DNA from: Acidimicrobiia bacterium
GTDB lineage: Bacteria; Actinomycetota; Acidimicrobiia; IMCC26256; JAMXLJ01
DNA length: 64,000 nucleotides
Assembly (NCBI GenBank): GCA_036558745.1
Contig: DATBEZ010000006.1
Span: 5,526 to 69,525 of the forward strand
Direction: 5' to 3'
Numbering within the stretch: the first letter of the stretch is position 1; each line of letters opens with the position of its first letter. The notes beneath the pieces are model-generated. The model saw only the letters and a program-made list of their open reading frames with translations. It made no database searches and was not told the origin of the DNA. This document shows positions 1 to 8,863 of this stretch, piece after piece. A program made the translations under genes and the position numbers.

Positions 1-548
1 GATGCCCTTGTGCTTGGGCGCCTCGGGGTCGGTGCGGCACGCGAGCCAGATGTAGTCGGCCTGGTTGGCACCGCTCGTGAAGACCTTGTTGCCGTTGATC
101 ACCCACTCGTCGCCGTCGAGGACGGCGCGGGTGCGCAGCGACGCGAGGTCGGTGCCCGCCTCCGGCTCCGTGTAGCCGATGGCGAAGTTGACGTCGCCGC
201 GCAGGATGCCGGGCAGGAAGAAGTCCTTCTGGGCCTGCGACCCGAAGCGCATGATCGTCGGTCCGACGGTGTTGAGGGTGACGAAGGGGAACGGCGCGCC
301 GGCGCGCTGGACCTCGTCGAAGAAGATGAACTGCTCGAGCGCCGAGCGGCCCTGCCCGCCGTACTCCTTGGGCCATCCCACGCCGAGCCACCCGTCGGCG
401 CCCATCTGCTTCACGACGGTGCGGAAGAGCGGACTGCCCTCACCCGGCGGCCCGAGCGCGGCCCGTACTTCTGGTGTGAGGAGCGTTGCGAAGTAGTCGC
501 GCAGCGTGTCGCGCAGCGCCCGCTGTTCGGGCGTGTAGTCGAGGAACA
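1..548 (-). CDS. acyl-CoA dehydrogenase, N-terminal ~182 codons (3' end lies left of the window)
   Basis: Absent from the ORF track because it has no in-window stop. My reverse-strand translation from ATG 548..546 reads MFLDYTPEQRALRDTLRDYFATLLTPEVRAAL...MGADGWLGVGWPKEYGGQGRSALEQFIFFDEVQRAGAP...AIGYTEPEAGTDLASLRTRAVLDGDEWVINGNKVFTSGA. It is a close paralog of the ACADs at 18756..19931 and 31383..32561. Confidence 0.85.
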
Positions 549-571
549 TGCGACCTCCCGGACCGGCGAAT

Positions 572-586
572 CTAACAGCCCGTCAG
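572..586. promoter_or_regulatory. degenerate member of the CTGACG-N3-CGTCAG palindrome family (CTAACAgccCGTCAG)
   Basis: Right arm is perfect and the left arm has 2 mismatches. It lies 24-38 nt upstream of the ACAD start at 548, the same spacing as the sites at 34963 and 57355. Confidence 0.3.
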
Positions 587-659
587 AGAGGGTCGCACGT
601 CCGTGGTGCACCGGAATTTCGCCCGACGACGGGCCGGTCAGGGGCTAGAAACGGGCCCC

Positions 660-1307
660 GTGGACGAGGCGGTGCTTCGGTCGGTCAACGTCGGGACACC
701 GAGGACTGTGGCGTGGCACGGGCGGTCGGTGACGTCGGCGATCTGGAAGTCGCCCGTCGAGGGTCGCGTCCGCGTCGAGGGCGTCCAGGTCGACGGCGAT
801 GCGCAGGCGGATCTGCGGGTGCACGGTGGCACGCACAAGTCCGTGTACGCGTATGCGGTCGAGGACTACGAGTGGTGGGCCGCGCAGCTCGGGACGGCGT
901 TCTCGCCGGCGACGTTCGGCGAGAACCTCACGACGGCCGGTCTGGTCCTCGATCGGTGCGTCGTCGGCGAACGGTGGCGCGTCGGCAGCGCGTTGCTCGA
1001 GGTGTCGGAGCCGCGGATGCCGTGCTTCAAGCTCGGCATCCGCATGGGCGACGCGGACTTCGTCGACCGGTTCGAAGAAGCGCGGCGACCAGGCACGTAT
1101 CTGCGCATCGCGCGCGCCGGCGACGTGGGCGCGGGGGATGCGATCAACGTCGTGCACCGCCCTGATCACGGGCTGACGATCGGCGAGCTGATGGCCGCGC
1201 AGCTCGACGGAGACGAGAGGTTGTTGGCACGCGTCATCGACAACCCCGACGTGTCGCCGTCGTGGGCGGGGGCCGCGGCACGACGCCTCGAGCGGTCGCG
1301 TCAGTGA
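660..1307 (+). CDS. MOSC domain-containing protein (YiiM-like)
   Basis: ORF 603..1307. The family pattern LRSVNVGTPRTVAWHGRSVTSAIWKSPVEGRVRV...DGDAQADLRVHGG...LEVSEPRMPCFKLGIRMGD is typical of MOSC/3-alpha domain proteins. The likely start is the in-frame GTG at 660, but 603 is possible. Confidence 0.8.
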   Translation: MDEAVLRSVNVGTPRTVAWHGRSVTSAIWKSPVEGRVRVEGVQVDGDAQADLRVHGGTHKSVYAYAVEDYEWWAAQLGTAFSPATFGENLTTAGLVLDRCVVGERWRVGSALLEVSEPRMPCFKLGIRMGDADFVDRFEEARRPGTYLRIARAGDVGAGDAINVVHRPDHGLTIGELMAAQLDGDERLLARVIDNPDVSPSWAGAAARRLERSRQ

Positions 1308-1326
1308 CGGTGGTCGGTGGCGCGGT

Positions 1327-3900
1327 TCAGTGAGCGAGCCGGTCGCCGATGATGTGCTCGGCCTCGAGACGCCGGAGCGTGTCGTCGTCGAGTCCGAGCT
1401 CGCCGTGCAGGATCTCGCGGTTGTGCTGGCCGAGTGACGGCGGGCCGAACCGGTGCGGCCGGTCGAGGAACGAGAACTGCATCGGCCAACCCGGGTAGCG
1501 CCGGGTGCCCGTCTTCAGCGCGTCGAGCGCCTGGTAGTAGTCGCGTGCGATGAGTTGGGGCTGGTCGTAGAGGCGGTCGACGCGGACCTGGCGCGCGACG
1601 GGCACGCCGTGCACGCGGAGTCGTGCGACGACCTCGTCGGCGGGCCAGCTCGCGGTCCAACGTGCGAGGTGGTCGTCGACGGCGTCGTGGTGGGCGCGAC
1701 GGCCGTCGGCGTGCGCGAGCTCGGGCGCGCGGGCCCAGTCGGGTTCGTCGAGCGCCCGCACGAGCCCGTCCCAGTCGGCGTCGTCACGCACCGAGATCGC
1801 GACCCAGTCGCCCGGGGGCGGGAGATCGGCCGCGCCCGATCCGCCGGTGCCGGGCGCGCACGGGTAGACGCCCTGGGGCGCGCAACGACGGTCGCGGTTG
1901 CCCTCGCGGTGCGCGAGACGCCGGTTGAGGGACCAGTCGATCACCTGCTCGACGGTGAGGTTGGCGCCGACCTCGAGCTGCGCGATCTCGATCATCTGCC
2001 CCTCGCCGGTGCGGCGGCGGTGCTCGAGCGCCGCCTGGATCGCGACGGCGGCGTGCATGCCGATGACGGGGTCGAGGAAGCCGCCCGGGTTCATCGGACG
2101 GTCGGGCTCGCCCGTCACCGCGCACATGCCGGACGCCTGCTCGATGCCCATGGCCCAACCGACGTAGTCGCGCCACGGCCCTTCGAGACCGAAGCCGGGC
2201 ATGCGCACCATGACGATGTCGGGTCGCAGCGCGCGGAGGCGCTCGTAGCCGAGGCCGAATTGGTCGACCACGCGAGCCGAGAAGTTCTCGATCACGACGT
2301 CGGCGCGCGGCACGAGGCGTTCGAGCAGCTCGCGCCCTTCGGGGCGGGTGAGATCGAGCGTGAGGTCGCGCTTGTCGAGGTTGGTGGCCTGCCAGATGCC
2401 GCTGCGGTCGTAGTAGTCGTCACCCTCCTGGGGGAACGCGCCGGAGAAGCGGAAGCCGTCGGGGCGCTGGACCGACTCGAGCTTGATGACGTCGGCGCCG
2501 AGCGCGCCGAGGTACATGCCTGCGTAGGGACCGGCCCAGAACGTGCCCAGGTCGAGGACCCGGAGCCCGGCGAAGGGCAGGTACCCCTCACCGCGTGCAC
2601 CTCGCGCCGAATCGCCCGCCGATTCGGCGGGACGCGCGGCGAGTTCGGCGCCGAACGCGCCGACTTCGGCGCGAGGTGTTCGCTGACCTGCGGTTGCTCG
2701 CGCCGAATCGCTCGCCGATTCGGCGCGAGTCGCGGGGAAGGAGGGGTGGGTGGTGACGTCGAGCGGGGGCGGGGGGCCGTGCCGATGCGCCGGCGTCCGA
2801 CCCAACCGCCACGGCGGGCCGGGCAGCGGGGACCCGCCCTCGGCCTCGGCCCCCGCCTCGGCCTCGAAGAACTCGCGCTGCGAGAACTGCGCGCACGACA
2901 GCAGCGACCGCCCGTCACCGACCGGGGCGGCCGGGATGCGGAACGCCTGGCTCAGCTCGACGATCTCCTCGCCCGTGTGCTCGTCCAGCCACGGCTGCAG
3001 ACGGGCGTAGAACTTCTCGAGCTCCGGGCCGCCCCAGCCGAGCTCGGTCTGGCGTCCCGCGAACTCGTCGAGGCCGGCCATCGCGCACACGTCCTGCCAG
3101 TGTTGGCCGGTCAGGCAGTTGATGCCGACCCATCCGTCGCGACAGCGGACGATGCCCGGCAGCGTCGCGTGCCGTTGATCCGGAGGAGGCAGCCCGAGCG
3201 CGCGCAGGCTCTCGTTGAACAGCATCGGGTACGCGAGCGTGCCGACCAGGCATTCCAGCATCGACAGGTCGACGGTCACCGCAGCCGCGGTGTCGCGTGC
3301 GGCCCAGATCGCGGTGAGGGTGGCCGCGGCGGCGAACGCGGCGACCGTGTACTCGCTCAGCCGTCCACCGAACTGCACCGGACGCCGGCCGGGCAGACCG
3401 TGGGCCGAGACCCACCCACCCATCGCCTGCAGGGTGAGATCGGTGACCGGGACCTCGCGTGCCGGTCCCACCTGCCCGAACGGCGCGATCCGCACGAGCG
3501 CGAGCTCCCGGTTGCGCGCGACGAGCTGCTCAGGTGCCAGCCCTCGGTCTTCGAGCCCGCCGGGACCGAGGCTCTCGACCACGGCGTCCGCAGCCTCGAG
3601 GAGCTCCCACACGGCCGACGAATCCGCGTCGACGGCGACGATGCTGCGTTTTCCCGCGTTCAGGGCGCGAAAGAGTCCCGAGCGTTCCCCGTCGACGACG
3701 TCACCCGGGAACGGACCCCACGCGCGCAGCGGGTCACCCGTCGGCGGCTCCACCTTGATGACGTCGGCGCCCAGGTCGGCGAGCAATTTCGTGGCGTAGC
3801 CCGCGGCGATCTCGCCGCCGAGCTCGACGATGCGTACACCGTGCAACGCGCGTGGCGCTCCGGACCGGCCGGTGTCGTCCCGCTCTCGACCCCGCGCCAC
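1327..3900 (-). CDS. fused double CoA-transferase (two family III CaiB/BaiF domains in one ORF)
   Basis: ORF 1327..4017. Two copies of the family III N-terminal signature are present: GVRIVELGGEIAAGYATKLLADLGADVIKVEPPTGDPLR and GLRVLDLGTFWAGPYAGMYLGALGADVIKLESVQRPDGFR. A low-complexity linker joins them. The start is probably GTG 3900 (VARGRE...). Confidence 0.85.
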   Translation of the reverse strand: MARGRERDDTGRSGAPRALHGVRIVELGGEIAAGYATKLLADLGADVIKVEPPTGDPLRAWGPFPGDVVDGERSGLFRALNAGKRSIVAVDADSSAVWELLEAADAVVESLGPGGLEDRGLAPEQLVARNRELALVRIAPFGQVGPAREVPVTDLTLQAMGGWVSAHGLPGRRPVQFGGRLSEYTVAAFAAAATLTAIWAARDTAAAVTVDLSMLECLVGTLAYPMLFNESLRALGLPPPDQRHATLPGIVRCRDGWVGINCLTGQHWQDVCAMAGLDEFAGRQTELGWGGPELEKFYARLQPWLDEHTGEEIVELSQAFRIPAAPVGDGRSLLSCAQFSQREFFEAEAGAEAEGGSPLPGPPWRLGRTPAHRHGPPPPLDVTTHPSFPATRAESASDSARATAGQRTPRAEVGAFGAELAARPAESAGDSARGARGEGYLPFAGLRVLDLGTFWAGPYAGMYLGALGADVIKLESVQRPDGFRFSGAFPQEGDDYYDRSGIWQATNLDKRDLTLDLTRPEGRELLERLVPRADVVIENFSARVVDQFGLGYERLRALRPDIVMVRMPGFGLEGPWRDYVGWAMGIEQASGMCAVTGEPDRPMNPGGFLDPVIGMHAAVAIQAALEHRRRTGEGQMIEIAQLEVGANLTVEQVIDWSLNRRLAHREGNRDRRCAPQGVYPCAPGTGGSGAADLPPPGDWVAISVRDDADWDGLVRALDEPDWARAPELAHADGRRAHHDAVDDHLARWTASWPADEVVARLRVHGVPVARQVRVDRLYDQPQLIARDYYQALDALKTGTRRYPGWPMQFSFLDRPHRFGPPSLGQHNREILHGELGLDDDTLRRLEAEHIIGDRLAH
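2602..2725. repeat. cluster of four hairpin-capable palindromes on a GCCGAA/TTCGGC core, including a 28-nt direct repeat (2602..2629 and 2698..2725, 1 mismatch)
   Basis: TCGCGCCGAATCGC(C/T)CGCCGATTCGGCG occurs twice, 96 nt apart, and each copy is a 10-bp-stem hairpin. GTTCGGCGCCGAAC (2643..2656) and GCGCCGACTTCGGCGC (2657..2672) lie between them. All of this is inside the inter-domain linker of the CoA-transferase ORF. Confidence 0.85.
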
Positions 3901-4040
3901 GCGTGACAGCTTAGAGCAGCACAATTGTTCGGCGGTCCGCTTGCGAACCCTCGACGCATCCGCGATCGTCGCACCGGAGTGGGCGAGCGGGGAAGAGGGC
4001 ACAACGGAGCAGCGCACGATCTCTGGAGGTCAGGAACCGA

Positions 4041-4832
4041 ATGCCCGTGGTCATCGCGGTGCTCGTGGCCCTGCTGTGGGTCTTCGCATTGCGACGTTGG
4101 TACCGCCAAGCCCCGACACCGCTCGAGTCGGTCGAGCATCAACAGCGCGCGCTCGACGCGTTGCAGCACGCCGCGTCACGGGCGCGCATCCCGACATCGC
4201 CCGGACCGACGAGCCGACCCGCTCCCATGCCCCCGCTCCACGGAGGACGCCCCCAACGTTCGTGGGCGCCGCTCGTCGTCGCGATGGCGGGCACGCTGCT
4301 CCTCGTCGGCGTCGGCGCGATCTGGTGGGTCGGACGCAGCTCCACCAACGACCAGTCCGCGATCTCGGCGACCTCACCCACCACGCGCGCTCGACGGCCG
4401 GCCTCGACGACCACCACGACCACGGCACCGCCGACGACCACGACGACGGCACCGATCGCGCACGCGACCATCACGAACCAGACGTCGAGCTCGATCGTCT
4501 TCGCTGTCGACAAGCCGACGTTCACCGTGACGATCGCGGCCACGGCCCCGTGCTGGGTGCGCGCGACCGCGCCGACCGCGACCGCGAGCAGCACGTCGAC
4601 GTCGACATCGGGCTCCAACTCGAGCTCGGGCTCGTCGTCACAGACAACCGTCTTCGAGAAGACACTCCAGTCGGGCGACACACAGCCGATCCCCGCCGTC
4701 GGCGCGTTGCAGCTTCGCCTGGGTGCAGCCAACAACGTGACGATCGCGCTCGACGGTCAACCGGTCACGCTGCCGACACCGGTCCGCAACACGCTCAGCT
4801 TGACGTTCAACGGGAGCACCAATGGAGCATGA
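4041..4832 (+). CDS. membrane protein with Thr/Pro-rich spacer and RodZ C-terminal (DUF4115)-like domain
   Basis: Two hydrophobic segments (VVIAVLVALLWVFAL, LVVAMAGTLLLVGVGAIWWV) and a TTTTTAPPTTTTTAP spacer. The C-terminus CWVRA...VFEKTLQSGDTQPIPAVGALQLRLGAANNVTIALDGQPV fits the DUF4115 pattern. Confidence 0.55.
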   Translation: MPVVIAVLVALLWVFALRRWYRQAPTPLESVEHQQRALDALQHAASRARIPTSPGPTSRPAPMPPLHGGRPQRSWAPLVVAMAGTLLLVGVGAIWWVGRSSTNDQSAISATSPTTRARRPASTTTTTTAPPTTTTTAPIAHATITNQTSSSIVFAVDKPTFTVTIAATAPCWVRATAPTATASSTSTSTSGSNSSSGSSSQTTVFEKTLQSGDTQPIPAVGALQLRLGAANNVTIALDGQPVTLPTPVRNTLSLTFNGSTNGA

Positions 4833-5403
4833 CGACGCGGTCACGGACCACGCCGGCTCGCCGACGGACGATGCGTCCGACGCGTCCGACGCGACGGTCG
4901 ACATCAGCGCGCAAGCACCCGACGAGGTGTACGACGACATCGTCGAGATCGCGACCCTGCCCCACTCGCCGCGCACGGTCGTGCCACCCCGCCGCTCGGG
5001 CAACCGGCACGGCGTGAACGAGGCCCAACGCTGGACCGACTTCGGGCGCTTCGTCACCGAGCGCCGCGACGAGATCGGTCTGAGCCGGCGCGCCGCAGCG
5101 AAGAAGGCCAAGCTCCCCGAGGCGACGTTGCGGGCGCTCGAGTCGGGATACCAGACCGCATACGGGGGCGTGCGGGTCCTGCCCAACCTGACGACCGACG
5201 AGCTCGGCCGCCTCGCCGACGCGCTCGAGATGGACCCGGTCGAGCTGCGCACCCGCCTCGGCCGTCCCGCACCCCGCCTGATCAGCGGCAACGAGCACCC
5301 GGACTCCCGCGCCACGTCGCTCGCCCGGCGCATCGCCCGCCTCGACGAGACCGACCGCCAGCTCGTCGAGCTGCTCGTCGAACGACTCTCGCAGCGCGAC
5401 TGA
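4822..5403 (+). CDS. XRE-family helix-turn-helix protein
   Basis: FGRFVTERRDEIGLSRRAAAKKAKLPEATLRALESG is a typical HTH_XRE segment. The N-terminus is acidic. The gene overlaps the upstream gene by 11 nt. Confidence 0.6.
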   Translation: MEHDDAVTDHAGSPTDDASDASDATVDISAQAPDEVYDDIVEIATLPHSPRTVVPPRRSGNRHGVNEAQRWTDFGRFVTERRDEIGLSRRAAAKKAKLPEATLRALESGYQTAYGGVRVLPNLTTDELGRLADALEMDPVELRTRLGRPAPRLISGNEHPDSRATSLARRIARLDETDRQLVELLVERLSQRD

Positions 5404-5435
5404 CACGGCCCCGCGCGCCGGCGCCGCCGAACTCC

Positions 5436-6695
5436 TCAGCTCGTCGGCAGCTCGCGGAACGGCGCGGTCTTGTCGGGACGCGCCTCACCCGGAAGGCCGA
5501 GCACCCGCTCCCCGATCACGTTGCGCTGGATCTGCTCCGTGCCACCGCCGATGCGGATCCCCCACTGACCGAGGAACTGCTGCTGCCACAGCCCGTTCTG
5601 CCTCGCGTCCTCGCCGATCAACATCCCGGACGCGCCCTGCAGCGCGAGCCCGAGGTCGCCGTTCTTCGCGACGTGCTGCGACATCGCGAGCTTCAGCACC
5701 GAGCTCTCCGGTCCCGGCATCTTGCCCTGCTTGATCGCGGCCTGTGCGCGTGCACCGAGGTACTTGATGAGCTCGAAGCGGACGAACGCGTCGACGAGCG
5801 ACTGCCGCAGGACCGGGTCGGTGTTCACGCCACACGCGCGCGCGAGACGCTTGAAGTCGCCGAAGCCGAGCCCCGATCCGCCGCCACCGATCAGTGTCCG
5901 CTCGTTCGCGAGCGTTGTCTGCGTGACGCCCCAGCCACCGTTCACCGCGCCGACCACGTTCTCGGCTGGGATGCGCACCTCGCTCAGGAACACCTCGTTG
6001 AAGTGCGCGACACCGTTGATCTGACGGAGCGGTCGCACCTCGATCCCGGGCGTGTGCATGTCGACGAGGAAGTACGTGATCCCCTTGTGCTTGGGAACGT
6101 CGACGTCGCTGCGCGCGAGCAGGATGCCCATGTCACTGTGGTGCGCGCCCGAGTTCCACACCTTCTGCCCGTCGACGATCCACTCGTCGCCGTCGCGCAC
6201 TGCCCGCGTGCGCAGACCGGCAAGGTCGGAGCCCGCGCCCGGCTCGCTGAAGAGCTGGCACCACACCTCGTCGCCTCGCAGCAGAGCAGGCACGTAACGC
6301 TGCTTCTGCTCCTCGGTGCCGTGCACGAGCAGCGTCGGCACGACCATGCCGAGCCCGACCGCGAACACACCCGCGTCGACGTCGAAGCGCGCCTGCTCCT
6401 GGGCGAAGATGCGAGCCTGCTTCGCGGTCCCGCCCCGTCCGCCGTACTCGGTCGGCACGTTGATCCCGGCCCAACCGCCCTCGAAGAGGGTTCGCTGCCA
6501 TCCCTGGCAGCGTCGCACGTGCTCGGCGTCCGCCTCGGGCGAGTTGTCGGCCGACGCGTAGCGCCGGGTGAACTCGTTCTCGACCTCACGGGGCTTCGCG
6601 TGGCGCTGCAGCCAGGCGCGCGCCTCGGCCCGGAACGCCGCGTCCTCCGGCGACTCGTCGTCGAGGGCGCGCGGCGGCGCGCCGGCCGTGCTCAC
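5436..6695 (-). CDS. acyl-CoA dehydrogenase
   Basis: 419 aa with WAGINVPTEYGGRGG, CQLFSEPGAGSDLAGLRTRAVRDGDEWIVDGQKVWNSGA and a C-terminal GGGTEQIQRNVIGERVLGLP. The GTG start overlaps the stop of the upstream SDR (GTGA). Confidence 0.9.
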   Translation of the reverse strand: MSTAGAPPRALDDESPEDAAFRAEARAWLQRHAKPREVENEFTRRYASADNSPEADAEHVRRCQGWQRTLFEGGWAGINVPTEYGGRGGTAKQARIFAQEQARFDVDAGVFAVGLGMVVPTLLVHGTEEQKQRYVPALLRGDEVWCQLFSEPGAGSDLAGLRTRAVRDGDEWIVDGQKVWNSGAHHSDMGILLARSDVDVPKHKGITYFLVDMHTPGIEVRPLRQINGVAHFNEVFLSEVRIPAENVVGAVNGGWGVTQTTLANERTLIGGGGSGLGFGDFKRLARACGVNTDPVLRQSLVDAFVRFELIKYLGARAQAAIKQGKMPGPESSVLKLAMSQHVAKNGDLGLALQGASGMLIGEDARQNGLWQQQFLGQWGIRIGGGTEQIQRNVIGERVLGLPGEARPDKTAPFRELPTS

Positions 6696-7600
6696 TGCGC
6701 GCCGATGACCCGGACCGGCTCGATCTTCGCTACGAGGTCACGCACGACCGGACCGAGCTCGGCGGGCTCCCAGCGCTCGCCCTTGTCGACGCCGGGCAGA
6801 GGCCGCCAGTTGTCGGCGATCGACACCTTGCCGCCCTGCACCTCGAACACGTGGCCGCTCACGCCGGCCGAGTCGTGGCTGCCGAGCCACACGACGAGCG
6901 GCGAGATGTTGCCCGGGTCCATCGCGTCGAACCCGTCGGTGGGCACGGCCATGTTGTCGGCGAAGAGGTTCTCGGTCATGCGGGTACGGGCGACCGGCGC
7001 GATCGCGTTGACCCCGACGCCGTAACGGCCCAGCTCCGCGCCGGCCACACGCGCGAACGACGCGATGCCCGACTTCGCGGCCGCGTAGTTGGCCTGGCCG
7101 ATGTTGCCGTAGAGGCCGGCGGCCGAGCTGGTGCACACGACACGGGCGTCGACCTGCTCGCCCGCCTTCGTCTGCTCGCGCCAATACGCGGCGGCGTGAC
7201 GGGTCGGGCAGAAGTGCCCCCGCAGGTGCACGCGCATGACCGCGTCCCAGTCGTCCTCGGTCATGTTGACGAGCATCCGGTCGCGCAGGATGCCGGCGTT
7301 GTTCACAACCGTGTCGAGCCGGCCGAACGTCTCGACCGCGCTGTCGATCAGTCGCTTCGCACCGTTCCAGTCCGCGACGTCGTCGCCGTTCGCGACCGCT
7401 TCGCCGCCCATCCCCCGGATGGTGTCGACGACCTCGCCCGCGGGCCCCGTGGAGCCACCGCTGCCGTCGACCTCCGCACCGAGGTCGTTGACGACGACCT
7501 TCGCGCCCTGACGCGCGAACTCCAACGCGTGACCGCGCCCGATGCCCCGTCCCGCGCCGGTAACGATGACGACGCGGCCCTCACAGATCTTCTCGCTCAT
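6692..7600 (-). CDS. SDR, MFE-2/Hsd4A-like 3-hydroxyacyl-CoA dehydrogenase type
   Basis: Internal ATG of ORF 6692..7885 gives MSEKICEGRVVIVTGAGRGIGRGHALEFARQGAKVVVNDLG..., then NNAGILRD and YAAAKSG (YxxxK). The 95 codons upstream of this ATG are Arg/Cys-rich junk. Confidence 0.85.
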   Translation of the reverse strand: MSEKICEGRVVIVTGAGRGIGRGHALEFARQGAKVVVNDLGAEVDGSGGSTGPAGEVVDTIRGMGGEAVANGDDVADWNGAKRLIDSAVETFGRLDTVVNNAGILRDRMLVNMTEDDWDAVMRVHLRGHFCPTRHAAAYWREQTKAGEQVDARVVCTSSAAGLYGNIGQANYAAAKSGIASFARVAGAELGRYGVGVNAIAPVARTRMTENLFADNMAVPTDGFDAMDPGNISPLVVWLGSHDSAGVSGHVFEVQGGKVSIADNWRPLPGVDKGERWEPAELGPVVRDLVAKIEPVRVIGAQ

Positions 7601-7691
7601 GACTCCCTCAGCTCCGCCCTCCCGGCCTCCGGCCAGGGCTCCGCTTCGTCCGCACCCTTCGGCATGATCCCTCGGTGTACGAAAGGTTGGG

Positions 7692-8858
7692 TCACGACAG
7701 GTTCGGCTGGAGCTCGGACGACACGACCCACATGGCGAAGTACTGCGCCGCGCCGCCGTAGGCCTGGGCCAGCGCGACCTTCGCGCCCGGCACCTGGTGC
7801 TCGCCCGCGAGCCCGCGCACCTGCTGCGCGGCCTCACCGAAGCGCAACATGCCCGACGCGCCGATCGGGTTCGACGACAGCACACCGCCCGACGGGTTCA
7901 CCGGGAACGCGCCATCGATCTCCGTCTCGCCGGAGTCGACCATCTTCCAGCCCTCACCGGGACCGGCGATGTCGTGACCCTCGAGCCACATCGGCTCATA
8001 CCACGAGAAGGGCACGTACAGCTCGGCGACGTCGATCTGCGCACGCGGGTTCGTGATGCCGACCTCTTGGTACAGCATCTTCGAGCACTCCACGCCGGCC
8101 TGCGGCCGCACCGTGTCGCGACCGGGGAACGAGCCGAGCTCGCTGCGCATCGCCGTGCCGAGCACCCACGCGGGCGGCCTCGACGCGGCGCGCCCGCCTT
8201 CCTCGTCGGTCAGCACCATCGCGGCCGCGCCGTCGGAGCTCGGGCACGACTCGAGGAAGTGGATGGGGTCCCACAGCATGGGGGACTCCTTCACCTTCTC
8301 GATCGTGATGTCGGGGAGCTGCAGGTGCGCATAGGGGTTCTTGGTCGCGTTGAGACGGTCCTTCACCGCGACCTTCCACCCGATGTGCTCCGGCGCGCCG
8401 GAGCCACGGATGTAGGACTTCATCCACGGAGCGAAGATGCCGCCCGCGCCCATGCCGCCGCTGCGCCCTCCCGCCAGGCCCCACTGCGCGTTGCCCTCGG
8501 ACTGCTTCTCGTACGCGACCGTGAGGACGCGCTTGTGACGCCGGGCCATGATCAGCGACGAAGCGACGATCGACGTCGAGCCGCCGACGCTGCCCGCGGT
8601 GTGCACGCGCATCATCGGCTTGCCCGCGGCGCCGAGCGCGTCCGCGAGCGACAGCTCCGGCATCATCACACCCTCGAACGGGTCGGGGGCCTTGCCGATG
8701 ACGACGGCCTCGATGTCACTCCACGTCATATCGGCGTCGTCGAGCGCGCGCTGCGCGGCCTCGCGGACGAGGCCCGGCAGCGACAGGTCGTCACGACGCT
8801 TCTTGTGCTTCGTCTGCCCGAAGCCGACGATCGCGCAGGGCTCGTGTGAGCTCGCCAT
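7692..8858 (-). CDS. thiolase-fold protein, SCP-x / lipid-transfer (Ltp) type
   Basis: Internal ATG 8858 of ORF 7692..9251 gives MASSHEPCAIVGFGQTKHKKRRDDLSLPGLVREAAQRALDDA... The C-terminus NPSGGVLSSNPIGASGMLRFGEAAQQVRG is typical of SCP-x thiolases. Confidence 0.85.
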   Translation of the reverse strand: MASSHEPCAIVGFGQTKHKKRRDDLSLPGLVREAAQRALDDADMTWSDIEAVVIGKAPDPFEGVMMPELSLADALGAAGKPMMRVHTAGSVGGSTSIVASSLIMARRHKRVLTVAYEKQSEGNAQWGLAGGRSGGMGAGGIFAPWMKSYIRGSGAPEHIGWKVAVKDRLNATKNPYAHLQLPDITIEKVKESPMLWDPIHFLESCPSSDGAAAMVLTDEEGGRAASRPPAWVLGTAMRSELGSFPGRDTVRPQAGVECSKMLYQEVGITNPRAQIDVAELYVPFSWYEPMWLEGHDIAGPGEGWKMVDSGETEIDGAFPVNPSGGVLSSNPIGASGMLRFGEAAQQVRGLAGEHQVPGAKVALAQAYGGAAQYFAMWVVSSELQPNLS

Positions 8859-8863
8859 GAGAC

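Noticed and set aside
2602-2725. Direct 28-nt repeats considered as a mini CRISPR array
   Set aside because: There are only two copies, they lie inside an uninterrupted ORF, the spacer is itself palindromic and related to the repeats, and no cas genes are present.
1453-3906. 817-aa ORF on the plus strand opposite the fused CoA-transferase
   Set aside because: It is an Arg/Gly/Ala/Pro/Asp-rich translation with no recognisable motif. It lies exactly antisense to a gene with two clear CaiB/BaiF signatures. This is a typical shadow ORF of GC-rich DNA.
3918-3930. GCACAATTGTTCG in the CoA-transferase / RodZ-like divergent region as a KstR-like site
   Set aside because: It is an AAC-N4-GTG/ACAATTGT core with the wrong spacing for TnnAACnnGTTnnA. 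It is only an 8-bp palindrome with a single occurrence.
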